A DNA stretch of 57,879 nucleotides, filler included, from Squatina squatina (GCA_031763465.1; 3 parts of 3 records of this genome joined end to end with filler, not necessarily neighbours in it), one strand, 5' to 3'; positions 34,390 through 47,398 are shown, counted from the whole stretch's first letter. Notes: generated by a model not told the origin, from the sequence alone. A program made the numbers and translations.

Positions 34390-34805
34390 GACTAAGGCCT
34401 GGTCATTTGCGCCTCCCGTTAGCGCCCTCGGGCACAGCGAGGCGTTACTAACGGCTGCCGCAGGAGTGTAGCAGTGGCGGTAACCCTTAAAGGGAAGATG
34501 TGCTGCGGTTTTTAAAAAAAAATCTTTTTGCGCCCCATTGCCGCTTTGAACGCAGGATCTGTGCCGCGATCGGTCTGCGTGAGTACCAGGCTGTTGGCAC
34601 AGCGCCCTCACTCCCCGGCGGTCCAGGACCTTTTTGCTGCAATGTTTGCAGCTTGGGCCCTTTCCCGTTAAGAGAAGGACCCTCCTACATGGCAGTTCTA
34701 TGTGACCCAGTGCGCAGCGCTCCCGAGGCGTCCGCCTCAAAGCAAGTGCGCCACTTTTTTACGCGATAGACGAGACTTCTGCACCTCGAGTGTTACCGCC
34801 CGCAC
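34390..34805. mobile_element. CpG-rich interspersed repeat, probably Harbinger-derived non-autonomous element
   Basis: Shares a cccttaaaggga-type core and composition with 42894-43540 and 51056-51699. Confidence 0.45.
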
Positions 34806-34911
34806 CATTTTTTTCCCTGTAAATGTTCAATCCCAGTTTAGTTTTTAGGTTCCTCGGCATATTTCATTGGTTTGTAACTTGCTCTAACCAGTAGCTTGAA
34901 GGTGTCCGGAC

Positions 34912-35069
34912 CAAAGTTCCCTCTAACTTTTTTTTGGGCTCGCGCAGTCCTTTTCGACGGGCTGTATGGGCCGTTCAGAATTCCGCACATGTCTGGTTTT
35001 TCTATTTAAAAGCCAGCTTGCCGCCTGCGCTGACTTACTGGAGCGCTGCGCAACTTAAAGGGATCAGTC
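34912..35069. mobile_element. MITE-like element, copy 2 (inverted)
   Basis: caaagttccctctaa ... ttaaagggatcagtc, flanked by gtccggac and gtcaggac (7/8 match). Confidence 0.75.
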
Positions 35070-36479
35070 GTCAGGACAACTTTTTTTTTTCTTTGGGTTA
35101 ATTTTGTTTCCCCACCCACAAGGAAGTACCAAACCTCCCCTGACGGCCTGACTGAGGGCGAGAGCTCCATCTATAGGGATTAGTAATATCTGCCTTCGTT
35201 ATTGGCAACTGTGCCCATGATAGCTTGACCTTTCAACTGGCNNNNNNNNNNNNNNNNNNNNNNNNNNNNNNNNNNNNNNNNNNNNNNNNNNNNNNNNNNN
35301 NNNNNNNNNNNNNNNNNNNNNNNNNNNNNNNNNNNNNNNNNACCATTGGCTTCATGTCTTGTGTCACTGCCTGGGCATCCCGGCCCCACCTCCTAAGTAT
35401 TGTTTTAGCAGGCCCATCAGACCTGGTATGCACTGCTGTCTTGCAAAGGTTGACTCGAGCGGTGCCACTATTACTGAGCCCAGGTTCTGGGTGGCCACTG
35501 AACAATGGAATGGCGGATCTACTGGCTTCCACCGGATCCTGAAAACCTCAAGAGGTTGTTTCCTGTAACCTGGCCTGAAACTGGAATGCAAGGTTCTCTC
35601 ACCCAGAAATCCAGCAGTACATATAATATCAACCTACAAGTGTATTGTCTATTGTTCTGAAGTGTCAGAGTTGGTGCTGGTATGTAGGTATAAACAGGAG
35701 CTGCAATGCATGTTATAATGTTTATGCTACTGTGAGTATTATTGTGGAATGTAAGTCCTCATATTCAACTAGTCATTCCTTTGTCCTGATAACTCACAAC
35801 ATTTTTTAAATTATTAATTTGAATTAAGCAATGTAAATAACACAGCAACGTTAGTATTGTTAGTGTGTTGCATAATTAGATTTTGCATTTGGGTTTATAA
35901 ATTCAGTAGACATTTATTATTCTTATTGAAATAAAGTTTAGAAAAACTAATTAGAATAATTCAGGAGTAAAATCTAAATAATTAAAATACTAAAAAATGT
36001 ATTGCATTTTAAATATAACAAATAGTATGCAACTAGATTTTATCTTTTTGTCTAATATAGAAGCTTGATTTCATTTTACTGTTTTCTATGCTATTTTATA
36101 CTATTTCGGCCTGATGTGCTGATTGATTATCTTTCTCCAACAGTAATTTTAAACAAAGCTTTCCTCCAACAGATTTGCTGGTGAATCAATTATATTTCAA
36201 TTGATTCTTTTATTTTCAATGGAATTTTTGAAAAATTTGTTCTTGGGATATGGGCGCTGCTGGTGGGGCCAACATTTATTGCCCATCCCTAATTGCCCTT
36301 GAGAAGGTGGTGATGAGCCGCCTTCTTGAACTGCTGCAGTCCANNNNNNNNNNNNNNNNNNNNNNNNNNNNNNNNNNNNNNNNNNNNNNNNNNNNNNNNN
36401 NNNNNNNNNNNNNNNNNNNNNNNNNNNNNNNNNNNNNNNNNNNCCTTAAAAATAGAATGAAAGATCAATGTGTTTAGGG

Positions 36480-37075
36480 TATTCCAAATTAAGTCCACGT
36501 CTAGTTTCAAAATGGCCCATGTTTGTCACGCAGCCTAAATCACGCCTTGTATATTCCAGCAATTAAAAGGAAATATAGAGCTGAAATCATACACAGAATG
36601 ATTGGTGGATAATGGGAGCAATGGGCCAATTTCAACTGAATGTACTTTAATCTATTGCAGATAGAACTTTTATGGACTAGAGACCATATGTATTGCCAGA
36701 TGTCATCGACAAGGTTGTTGTTAAGGTTTTCCTCCCAGATGGATTTCAACGAGCTGTTTTTGAAATCTGTGCTCAGAAGAGTATCCAGATGAAACTAATT
36801 TTGTGTTGGAACCTTTGCTTATTCTAAACTGATTAATAGAGTTTTGAAGCTGAGTGGTTCCCTGTCTGTTAACTAATACTATGAAGTTAAACGTTTGCAA
36901 ACATTGTTATTAGTGGTATATCTAAAATTCTTCTTAAGAGTTGTTGACATTTTTTGATTGCATTCTGAGACCTGTCGCTGTAAATATTCAGTCCGCTGTC
37001 ATTCCTATTTTTGCCGCCTATCAAGGTCAAAGGCATCAGAAACACCACTAATGTCTCTGAATAGGGAGACATTCA
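36480..37075 (-). mobile_element. L1-clade LINE ORF2 C-terminal remnant
   Basis: WEENL...IWQYIWSLVHKSSICNRLKYIQLKLAHCSHYPP resembles the zf-RVT-associated region of fish and amphibian L1. Confidence 0.65.
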
Positions 37076-37101
37076 TGATGATTGACATACAGCATCTCTA
37101 T

Positions 37102-37312
37102 ACTCCAGTGCAGTGCTGAGGAATGCTGCACTGTCGAGGGACAGTACTGAGAGAGCGCTGCACTGTCAGAGGGACAGTACTGAGAGAGCGCTGCACTGTC
37201 GAGGGACAGTACTGAGGGAGCGCTGCACTGTCGAGGGACAGTACTGAGAGAGCACTGCACTGTCGAGGGACAGTACTGAGAGAGCGCTGCACTGTCGAGG
37301 GCCAGTACTGAT
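37102..37312. repeat. 32-bp minisatellite derived from a SINE Deu-like domain, about 6 copies
   Basis: Unit cagtactgagagagcgctgcactgtcgaggga, preceded by actccagtg as in the SINE at 25046-25090 (reverse complement). Confidence 0.93.
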
Positions 37313-38384
37313 GGAGNNNNNNNNNNNNNNNNNNNNNNNNNNNNNNNNNNNNNNNNNNNNNNNNNNNNNNNNNNNNNNNNNNNNNNNNNNNNNNNNNNNN
37401 NNNNNNNNNNNNNNNNCTTTCAACGTTTCATTGATTTTGAAAGCAGCCACCTAATAGCTTCACCTCTCACCATCCAAGAAGGTTTTGCTTTGTTGCAATG
37501 GGAGTTTTATCATGATACACCACTGCGATCATATACAGTAACCTAAGATTCAGCCCCTATATCTTCACACTTTATGACTGGCAATCCGAAACTGACAATA
37601 ATAGGAATCTACTGGCAGCTCGATCCCTGAAATATTTCCTGTTATGCAATTTCCTGTTATGCAATTTCTACGTTGGCGCCACTCAGCAATTTGACTAATT
37701 ATCGCTTTAAGCCATTTTGATACATGTGCGACCCAGTATAAAATGCAGTTGTTCCAGTCTGGTTGGTGTGCAGACCCGCTGACTCTGATGTAAAAGATAA
37801 GTAAAGCAGTGTGTTGCTTTTACAACAGACTGACATAATGGTGCGGTGCCAAAAGAGTTTTGCTTCTTATTTGAAGCGCTTAATGATCCCATACAGGGCA
37901 GGGTGAGATAACACCTTTCATGAATATTTGGGGCTGGCTTTCTGCAATTTTTTTGTGGTACTTGCTTTTGGGGCTGAGTGGAACTTTGCCGCACCTTTCC
38001 TCGGGAGGTTAAATGGGTTGGGTAAAGTTTATAATCGAGCAAATCGCACATGATCTGTGGGCAGAACAAGCCTGGTGGGGCGAGTGGCCTTTTCTCAATC
38101 CATGTTGTCTATGTCTCCACCTAATCAGCTTAGACCGCAGATATGCTGACATTTTTGTGTCGATGCAAAGTATTTTTGGGTGTGCATCAAGGCAAGAGTG
38201 TCAGAGTAACTCTGAGAGCTATTAAGTGCACTAAAACCTTGAGGACTGAGAGAGTTTCAGGGGTCGAATCACACTGGTCTGAGCTCCTGACGACTGCTGT
38301 ATGAATTCAGCATTACTAACAGTGATTGTGACCAAGTTGCACATGGAACATGAACATGGAAGTTACATCGCAAATATTCCACAG

Positions 38385-38572
38385 AAAGAAAGACTTGCAT
38401 TTATATAGCACCTTTCATGACCATCGGACCTCTCAAAGCGCTTCACAGCCAATGAAGTACCTTTTGAAGTGTAGTCACTGTTGTAATGTTGGAAACGCAG
38501 CAGCCAATTTGCGCACAGCAAGCTCCCACAAACAGCAATGTGATAATGACCAGATAATCTGTTTTAGTGATG
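38385..38572 (-). mobile_element. SacSINE1-like SINE 3' part
   Basis: Close to 24786-24910; ends in atgcaagtctttctttct on the minus strand. Confidence 0.8.
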
Positions 38573-41264
38573 NNNNNNNNNNNNNNNNNNNNNNNNNNNN
38601 NNNNNNNNNNNNNNNNNNNNNNNNNNNNNNNNNNNNNNNNNNNNNNNNNNNNNNNNNNNNNNNNNNNNNNNNCTCCTAATTAGTGTCTGTTTTAGACAAC
38701 GCTTTGATAGCAATCAAACGGAGGCAATTTAGATTTAATTCCCCATTTTATCTGCTAGATTTCTCTGCCACCATCACCTGCACCTATCCTTCATTCAATT
38801 AGAACAGCAGACTGACTGGCTCCGTGACTTCGCTAACAAGATATGTGCTTAATGCACGGAAAAACAGAATGGTCCAGATTTTGCAGTAGTAATAACAGAG
38901 ACAGTGTCAGCATTACTGTTATTACTGGGTAAAACTGACAGCAACTTCTGGCATCTGCACGTGCGCAGTTGAACCCGGAAATCTGGAACTTGCGGTCACA
39001 GATACCCTGCTCCTTCTCAAGGTGTGCTGTTGCAGTCTTCACCAATGGAATCTACACAGATATCACTGTCATGGCATGAACTTAAGCTAATTACCCAATA
39101 TTATCACACAAAAGAATGATGAAAAACTTTAGCATTGTTCAATCAAGAGTAACAGAGATTTTAATAGCGTAATAAGTCATAATTACTGCTGAACAACCTC
39201 TCTGGNNNNNNNNNNNNNNNNNNNNNNNNNNNNNNNNNNNNNNNNNNNNNNNNNNNNNNNNNNNNNNNNNNNNNNNNNNNNNNNNNNNNNNNNNNNNNNN
39301 NNNNNCAGCTTTCAGAGCAGCGTGTTTTCTGTTAACTTAGGAGTTGCGTTTGCCTGAGAACTCCCTGAATCAGTACATCTTTTCCAATTCTCTTCACTCC
39401 TGAAATGGTTGACCCTTGCTGTGGGACAGGCGCAGGAAGTCCTTCAGTAACTTAGTGAAGTCTTTGTTTCATTGGTCCGTCTGATGGTGAGTGTGAGGGA
39501 TAATGGAAGCGAGGCTGACCCTGTGATCACCACGCCAACATTTTCTGAAGAGGTCACTGGATGGTCAGGAGCAGGAACTATGGCTGGCATTGTTTGGTTC
39601 TTTTGCCTTTCCTTAGCTCAGGGGGACTGATGGACTATTCCGACCCTTAATAGAAGTCAGTCTAATGGTGCAACCTTGTCATCCTTGACTCAAATCTATG
39701 TCATGGAAACATTACATTTTTCAAAGCAAACTATTCCAACTCATTGCTAAGTTGCTGAGAGGCATTTTATGTTTCTACTGAACACTGATTATAATCACAG
39801 ACTAATTACTATAATACCAGTTGAGAATAAGGAATGTAAATAGCAAAGTTTAGATCTCACAGTTAAATACTCTATTATTATTGAAAATAAGAACAAGGAG
39901 ATGAGTCGTTTTACTCTTTATGATATTCCTTTTATATAAGGGTGACATTTNNNNNNNNNNNNNNNNNNNNNNNNNNNNNNNNNNNNNNNNNNNNNNNNNN
40001 NNNNNNNNNNNNNNNNNNNNNNNNNNNNNNNNNNNNNNNNNNNNNNNNNNTTAATATACTGCAGCTGATCCCGGTTTGTTCAAATTAAAACATCTGGGTT
40101 CACTTAATTGAACAACTGTTTTTCCAAAGTGCAAGGTCACTCTCCTGTTACAATTATTATTTTGCCTGTTTGCTCTTTTAATTGCCATTAAGTAAACATA
40201 TTGCCTCAAATTTACTTGCGATCCCTGGTAGGGTTGGGACTTAAAACGAGCCTAGTGACATTTTTGGAAGATAATGCTTGGGTGGAACCTGTTTCTACTA
40301 GATATGCACTACNNNNNNNNNNACTACATAATAACAGCATTGTAGTTTTCATCGCTCTCTGGTGCCTTCTCGAAGTGTGAATGTTCATACACACTTGGGA
40401 GGTCATTAATCTAGAAGCTAATAAGGAGAGACAGCATTGCAGTGCCAAAAAACCCTGGCTTGTGCTCCCATTGTACCAAGGGTAGTTAATGACATGTTGA
40501 AAGAGGTGTGCCGGTGACCAACATCAGCCAAGATTGGCAGAAGTGCTTTACTTTGGAGCCTGCAGCCTGTAGAAACTTTGAAAATGGCTGGTTTGTTACC
40601 TTACCTGCTCCTGCCATATCATTGAACTCTTTTCAGCACTAGTTTTCAGTTCCAGGGGTGAGAGAGTATTACCATCTCCCTCCACATGGCATGCAAAATG
40701 CTTTTCTGCAGTTTCCTCCCATGGGCCCTCAGCACTCTTTGTATCCTTTGCTGAATCTCTTCCAAGACTATCTGTAGATTGGCCAGATTAAAATTGTGTA
40801 CTCTTCTTTTCTGTCTTCTTCCAATACCCTGCTCCCTTTCTTGATTGCCTCTCCTGTTCTTCTACTTGAACCATCAATTACAGCTCTGCTGTTTTATGAA
40901 ATGGATTCTGCACAAAAAAGAAAATGATGGAACGTTTAAAGGAAGGGGTAATGTGGTCCCGGGTGCGCACTTCAGAAACTATACATTACGTATTAATTCC
41001 CATTTTAAATCATAATTATGGCGCTAAGTGCTGGCACAGGCTACTGTAGTACAATTCGAGAGTGCCCTAGGTGCTCACTGCAAACCTTTCCTACCACCGG
41101 CTGCTTCTTGCTGTTCAAATATGACAGTGCAACAGCCATAGAGAGACTTCATAAAACAGACGCTGAGCAAAATTAAAAGACTTAAATATTGCAAGTGTCG
41201 AGCCATTCCTATCTGAGTGACGAACTGCTGCTTTGTATTCTCACGGTATTTAAAAAAATTCATT

Positions 41265-41780
41265 CAATTATTGCCTATCCCCCATTGCCCTCAAGAAGGT
41301 GGTGGTGAGCCGCCTTCTTGAATACAACCAGACTGGCTTTCAGAGGGCAGTTAAGAGTCAACCACATTGCTGTGGTTCTGGAGACACATATAGGCCAGAC
41401 CGGGTAAGGACGGCAGATTTCCTTCCGTAAAGGATATTAGCGAACCAGATGGGTTTTTACAACAATTTGGTAGTTACACGGTCACATTACTGGTACTTGC
41501 TTTTTAATTCCAGATTTAATTAGCTGAATTTAAATTCCCCAGCTGCTGTGGTGGGATTTGAACTCATGCCTCTACCCCAAGGGCTGTGGATGCTCAGTCG
41601 TTGAGTATATTCAAGGCTGAAATCGATAGATTTTTGGACTTTCAGGGAATCTAGGGATATGGGGGTCGGGCGGGAAAGTGGAGTTGAGGTTGAAGATCAG
41701 CCATGATCTCACTGAATGGCGGAGCAGGCTCGAGGGGCTGAATGGCCGACTCCTGCTCCTAATTCTTATGTTCTTATAAA
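41265..41780. mobile_element. Cluster of CR1-type 3' fragments
   Basis: CR1 tail ...ggctcgaggggctgaatggccgactcctgctcctaattcttatgttctta, also seen at about 1050-1097. Confidence 0.75.
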
Positions 41781-42584
41781 AAACAATCTTGTACAAAGAA
41801 TGGTGTCATGCTCAAAAAGTGCAATGTTTATTATGTGTTGCTGTTTTATTAGACTGGATTTTGGATATTCTTAAGTACATTGCATGTATCTCGCCTCCTA
41901 ATGGTCTTGCATTAAGTGAAAGAATAGCGATTATCTGATCCTTGCCCTGCAACCTTTGATTGATAGAAGAGCCACAGAACTAGCAAAGTAATTTTGTATT
42001 CCCCTGTAAACCCATCTGTCTCTGAACACGAAACAAATCCTTCTGCAAGCTCCCCAGTCCAATCAGTATAAAACTACATGGAGGCCTGGTTTGGTGAAAT
42101 TAATTATCTGAGCAGTGAAAAGCTCAGCTCTGCCACTAAATTAATCTGCATGACTTTTAATCTGTGTGCATCATTATGTAGGGTGTTGTCAGTGAGACAG
42201 AGTCAAGAGATGAAGCATGAATGAATGGAGCATGAGCCTGTGGGGCAACAGAAGGCTCGGAAAAACCTTAGCAGCTCCTGATGAAATCCCAGGGAATTCA
42301 TTAATATTTCATGGTCCTCTAAATTATTGCCTCCTCTGCCACATTCGGCATCTGTCTCTTTAAATAGACACCATAATAATTATTGGACCAGAACCATGCC
42401 TAACAAATCTTCCCCGCCCCTATCTAAAATCCTTTTCATTACAGAATCATACTGTAAAACCCTTCGTTCTCATGAGCAATTGATTGAATCCTACACCCAC
42501 CCCACCCCCACTAGATGGAGATCCTAGTGAAGGAGATTACACAGGATTGCAATGAGAAAGAAAAAAGACTTGCATTTGCATAGG

Positions 42585-42890
42585 ATTACATCAGATATCT
42601 GGCACAGAAACAGGTCATTTGGCCCAACCAGTCCATGTAGGTGTTTATGCTCCACTCGAGCCTCCTCCCGTCTTTCCTCATCGAAATCTATCAGCATAAC
42701 CCTCTATTCCCTTCTCCCTCATATGCTTGTCTAGCCTCCCCTTAAATGCATCTATACTGTTCACTTCAACCACTCCCTGTGGGAGCAAGTTCCACATTCT
42801 CACCGCCCTCTGGGGTTCTTCTCAATTCGCTATTGGGTTTCTTGGTGACTATCTTATACTGATGGCCTCTAGTTTTGCTCTTCCTCACAC
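42585..42890 (-). mobile_element. CR1 LINE 3' end
   Basis: cacagaaacaggtcatttggcccaaccagtccatg...ttccacattctcacc; related to 4260-4413. Confidence 0.75.
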
Positions 42891-42893
42891 TCT

Positions 42894-43540
42894 TGGGCCT
42901 CAATTGGTCTGACCTCACGCCAGCGTTGCGTTGAATAGCAGCGCAACGTGGGCGTGAATTCAGCGTTGAGGCCTAAAAATGCTACATCAGGAATTGGGCC
43001 TCGTGCGCTGGCGGCGTAAATGGCCCACCGCCGGTGGCGCAGGGGCCGATGCGTGATATCGTCACATCGTGCGCCGACTACTCGCCACCCGCCCGCGATC
43101 CCTTTGTGTGCCACGGAGGCGTCACCTCCGGTATTGGAGGTGGCCGCCCCCCTCCCAGTACCACTGGCGGAGGCGACAACAGGTTTCCCCTGTCGTAGCC
43201 TGGGAGCCTCAAAGGCACGTGGCCTGTGCCGTCGGCCGCTATCTTTTATTAGCGGCAGATCATCGGGCGATGTCTGGTGGCCGACCCACCCCGCGAAACC
43301 TCCCCCCACCTTGCCGGCACCCTCAGAATTTTTTTTCAACTTGCCTGATGGCCTAGTGGGCTGTTGAAAGCTTGCGGCCCTTGCCCTTAAGGGAGGGGGC
43401 GGGGCTGCAGCTCGCACATGCTTGCATGCAAGCTGCTGGCATAACCAGGAAGTGATACAGCATTGGTTGGGTCACTACCAGGTCAGCGCCGTGACAATAC
43501 TGATTTTGCATTGCCACACTACGCCGGCTCGAGACGGCCT
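42894..43540. mobile_element. CpG-rich interspersed repeat, probably Harbinger-derived
   Basis: Starts gggcctcaattgg (compare ggggccgaagttgg at 51057), abuts a CR1 fragment, and has no exon signals. Confidence 0.5.
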
Positions 43541-44145
43541 NNNNNNNNNNNNNNNNNNNNNNNNNNNNNNNNNNNNNNNNNNNNNNNNNNNNNNNNNNNN
43601 NNNNNNNNNNNNNNNNNNNNNNNNNNNNNNNNNNNNNNNNCCCTCCTCCCCACAGGATGTGGATGGTGGGGGATTCAGCGATGGTAATGCCATTGCATAT
43701 CAACGGGCAGTGCTTAGACTCTCTCTTGTTGCAATTATGGAGAGAACATTCTGATCTGGCATGGATTCCTTCAAATGATAAGTAGGGACTTAAAGAATCA
43801 ACCTGTTACAAGATTCACTGATATCTCTGCATTCCCAGGATTCACAAAGGAAAATTCTTTAATTATAACAATCTAAAAAATCAAAGGGAAACTCAACTAT
43901 AATTAGAACTATGCAAGGACTCCAAAGCCATTTGGAGTTAGTAATATTTTACTGGCTGTGAAGCCCTGGCACCAGTAATTGTAAAAGTTAAGGTGATTAT
44001 TATAACAAGGTTAAAAATGGAGCTCCAATTTGTACACAAGTGGTTCACAATCATTTGTCTTAACAGGTGAACTTGTGTGTAAGTTGTCAGTAATGTGTGG
44101 GTACATTCACAAAGACTTGACTGCCAGGTATATTTAGGCATGGAC

Positions 44146-44284
44146 TCAGGCCGAGATTTTCCAGGGGTCAGCGGGCGCGATCGGTGGCAGGTTGGGTAGG
44201 AAAGTGAAGTTATTCCCCAGTGTGTCGGGACCATCCTGTGAACCTGCCACCACGTGCCTGTCCCCGATGCCAGGCTTGTCAGCG
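44146..44284 (-). CDS. Candidate terminal coding exon of an unidentified gene
   Basis: Acceptor tctgctcag; ADKPGIGDRHVVAGSQDGPDTLGNNFTFLPNLPPIAPADPWKISA*. GC-rich block followed by AT-rich, UTR-like sequence. Confidence 0.45.
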
Positions 44285-44470
44285 CTGAGCAGACCCGAAA
44301 CGCAGTGGCAGGGTACACAATTCAGGTAATTATGACTATGTTTAGAGATCATTAAGAAAACATTTGAGCTNNNNNNNNNNNNNNNNNNNNNNNNNNNNNN
44401 NNNNNNNNNNNNNNNNNNNNNNNNNNNNNNNNNNNNNNNNNNNNNNNNNNNNNNNNNNNNNNNNNNNNNN

Positions 44471-44560
44471 TGGATTTTTGTGCTCAAGTCTCTGGAGTGG
44501 CACTTGAACCTGCAACCTCCTGACTCACAGGTGAGGGTGCTGCCCACTAAGCCACAGCTG
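44471..44560 (-). mobile_element. tRNA-derived head of SacSINE1-like SINE
   Basis: Minus strand gtggcttagtgggcagcacc...gagtcaggaggttgcaggttcaagtgcc carries A and B boxes; matches 25095-25140. Confidence 0.75.
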
Positions 44561-44799
44561 ACATGATGACATGAGATGTTCAGTATATAATTTACTGTGG
44601 ACAGTTTTGGGAAGCACACTGTGCTACTGAACAGATTTGTAATTGTGACAGAAGTTTAGAGATAAGGCGTGGTGCAAAATGCTATCAGAATCCATCAGAC
44701 CAACACATACTCTGAACTGATGCAGGTGTTTTATTTTCTGGGGGAAGTCTGTGCCGTGACTGCACATCAGATAAAGTAGTACATTCAACCACTGATTAA

Positions 44800-45266
44800 A
44801 GTATATTATTTAAAACAATTTATTAATGAAAATACACTGTACAATACACTATACACATCTCCTCACATTGCAATTTTCACAAACCTTTACAGCACAGTTT
44901 AAAGTTTTACATTCATTAAGGTATGGATATCTTAATCAAATGACTGTAGCGCACAAAATCTGAACTGATAAGAGAATACAACATGTTTTATGGGTTTATA
45001 GACAGATACAGCTGCAACGCGATCCACTTTCTGTTGAACTCAAGTTCATGCTGGTTTCACAGCATTTAAATTAAAGGAACAGTACAACACAAAGGTGTAT
45101 TTTTATATTCATCACATATGGTTTCTTAATGGTGTGACAAGGGTTAATCCCTTAGCAGATTGGACCTGTTCCAACCCCCAACCTTTCCCTCTTCCTCCCC
45201 CAGAATACACTTCATGAAATTTTGATAAACCTTCATTTAAAAGCACTGGTTGGTTTTCCACTTTCA
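44800..45266 (-). other. Probable 3' UTR end of a minus-strand gene
   Basis: AATAAA on the minus strand at 44819-44824, preceded by U-rich, UGUA-containing unique sequence. Confidence 0.35.
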
Positions 45267-45366
45267 NNNNNNNNNNNNNNNNNNNNNNNNNNNNNNNNNN
45301 NNNNNNNNNNTTAATTAATTAANNNNNNNNNNNNNNNNNNNNNNNNNNNNNNNNNNNNNNNNNNNN
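45267..45366. other. Artificial scaffold-joining linker
   Basis: N44 + TTAATTAATTAA (45311-45322) + N44. Confidence 0.97.
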
Positions 45367-47082
45367 GCTGGATTTTATCAAGGTTTTGTACACCGTAGAC
45401 ATTCCACCTGGCAAAACAAGATGGGTCTATATGACCTGCACCTAAAGGCTTTGAAAAATTGAAGTGGTTTGTTTTAAACTTCAGTAATAAAGAATCATTG
45501 GTGAAAATATAGTACTGCAATTCATCATCCACCCCAGAATATATAGTTCATTTGTTTATATTTAAGTGAGCTTATAAACCTCATATGTTACTAATAGTGC
45601 TAGCTTTTAATAAAATGTCAATGTGAAAAGATGATTCAAGGAACTTTTCCATCGCTTCCCGCTGCAATAACATTCCTAGTCCGGTTCAGCCCCATAACAT
45701 TGTATGAGTTTTTTTTCACATCGTGCTTGAGACCTTCCATGAGCAGATTCATGACATACTTTATCATTGAATATGGCACAAATCTGAATGTGTTGCCAAG
45801 GAGAAGTGGATGATGGTAAATAATATGGATACTGTGTGACTAATGATAGCTCAGTAGGGAAAGATGAGAGACGATTGTAGCCACTGTTATTTTATTTGCC
45901 TCTTATTTAGTATAGTTGAAAATGGTTATTATGTGTTACCCCCCCCCCCCCCATCCCCCACAGTCCTCCACCAAAAAGGTCAGGGACATCTTCCACAAAC
46001 TTATGCAGTATTTGTTAAATTTATGTATACAGCTTTGTTACTGATTTTAAAATGAGATTTTTCAGGAATTGTTACTTGCTTATTGTTCTAGACTTACACA
46101 ATGTTAGCTGAACTAGGGAATCATATTGCACAATCCCTAAGTGGGGAATGGTTAAAGGGTTGCTGTAAAAAGNNNNNNNNNNAATATGAACTACATATCT
46201 AATAATCAAAAGAGATCAAGTGGTTAAAATATATGCTGCAAAGTATATCTGCAAAGGAAAAACACACGATGAAATGTCCAAGCTATCATATATTTTTCTT
46301 TCAGATGAAAATGTTAGAAATTTGATTTTCTGTAATCCTAAATTAAAGGGAAACAGTACAGTTGGGAAATGACTCAGCTCCTATGTGTCCCATGGTGTTT
46401 CATGTTTAACAGAGCCATTCAACAATAATTGGTAGTTGAGAGCTCCTTCATGAAGATCAGCAGCTTACATTCCAACAAAGTACAAGTGAAGTAGACGAGC
46501 TCCACATACGTCACACAATCATTATGGAACACACCCGCTGGTCACAATTGATTGCTGCAAGGTTGATCTGTTTAGAGATTGCGAGGGAGCTATTTAAAAT
46601 AATCAATTCCTGCTGAGATTTTCTGTTGGTTAGCAGAGATTACATCAAAACTAGGCAGGGACTGATTTAAAAAGAAAGCAAAAGATGGCTTCTGATCAGC
46701 CTGGAAACAGACCAACTTTGCAACAAGGATTCTGAAGTCCACAGATCTACTTCAAACTGGTGGGGGGTGAATTTTAACCCAGAGTGGGAGGCAGGCAGGG
46801 GTAGAATGAGTGCGAAATGCATCCACCATCATAAATTTCAGGCCCAGGGTATTTTAACTTTCGGGCTTTATTAACATTTGCTTGTTGAGATTCCCACCTG
46901 ATTGCACAAGAACAGGCAGCCCGCTCACTTTCTGGGTATAATTACTAGCAGGTCTTCCAGAACCCTATTTAAATCGGGAATGTACCTCTTAAAGAGAGGC
47001 TGCATTCGCTTTATTGACATGGTTGCTTCCGGCACTGCCAATTTGAAGACTAGTCAGAAACATGCCCTGAGATACTCTTACA

Positions 47083-47398
47083 CTGTTCCAACGTAAGCTC
47101 GAAGAACAACACCTCATCTTTTGTTTAGGCACTTTACAGCCTTCTGGGCCCAACATGAAGTTTAACAATTTCAAACCATAACCTCTGCCCCTATATTTTT
47201 TTATTAATTTAGTTATTCTCTGTTTTTGTTTCCCTCTAACGACTGTTGCTGATTTACACCCTAGCTATACTCATCTTTTATTTCTTAACTTGCCCATTAC
47301 CATCTCCTTTTGCCTTGCACTATCTCTTAATGTCCCTTAATCTCTTCTGCCTTCCACCCTATCACAGACCTTCCCTTTTGTTCTTTCCTCCCCTCCCC
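47083..47398 (+). mobile_element. Penelope-like element 3' end
   Basis: RKLEEQHLIFCLGTLQPSGPNMKFNNF, the same motif as 26443-26520. Confidence 0.75.

Noticed and set aside
37102-37312. CRISPR-like look of the 29-44 bp repeats here and at 3451, 12435 and 16587
   Set aside because: Head-to-tail units with no unique spacers, no cas genes, and a vertebrate context.
42894-43540. CpG-island promoter interpretation (also 34390-34805, 51056-51699)
   Set aside because: Sharp edges, motifs shared between blocks and no adjoining first exon favour young transposon copies.
44480-44560. tRNA gene
   Set aside because: A and B boxes continue into SINE body sequence and no full cloverleaf is evident; it is a SINE head.
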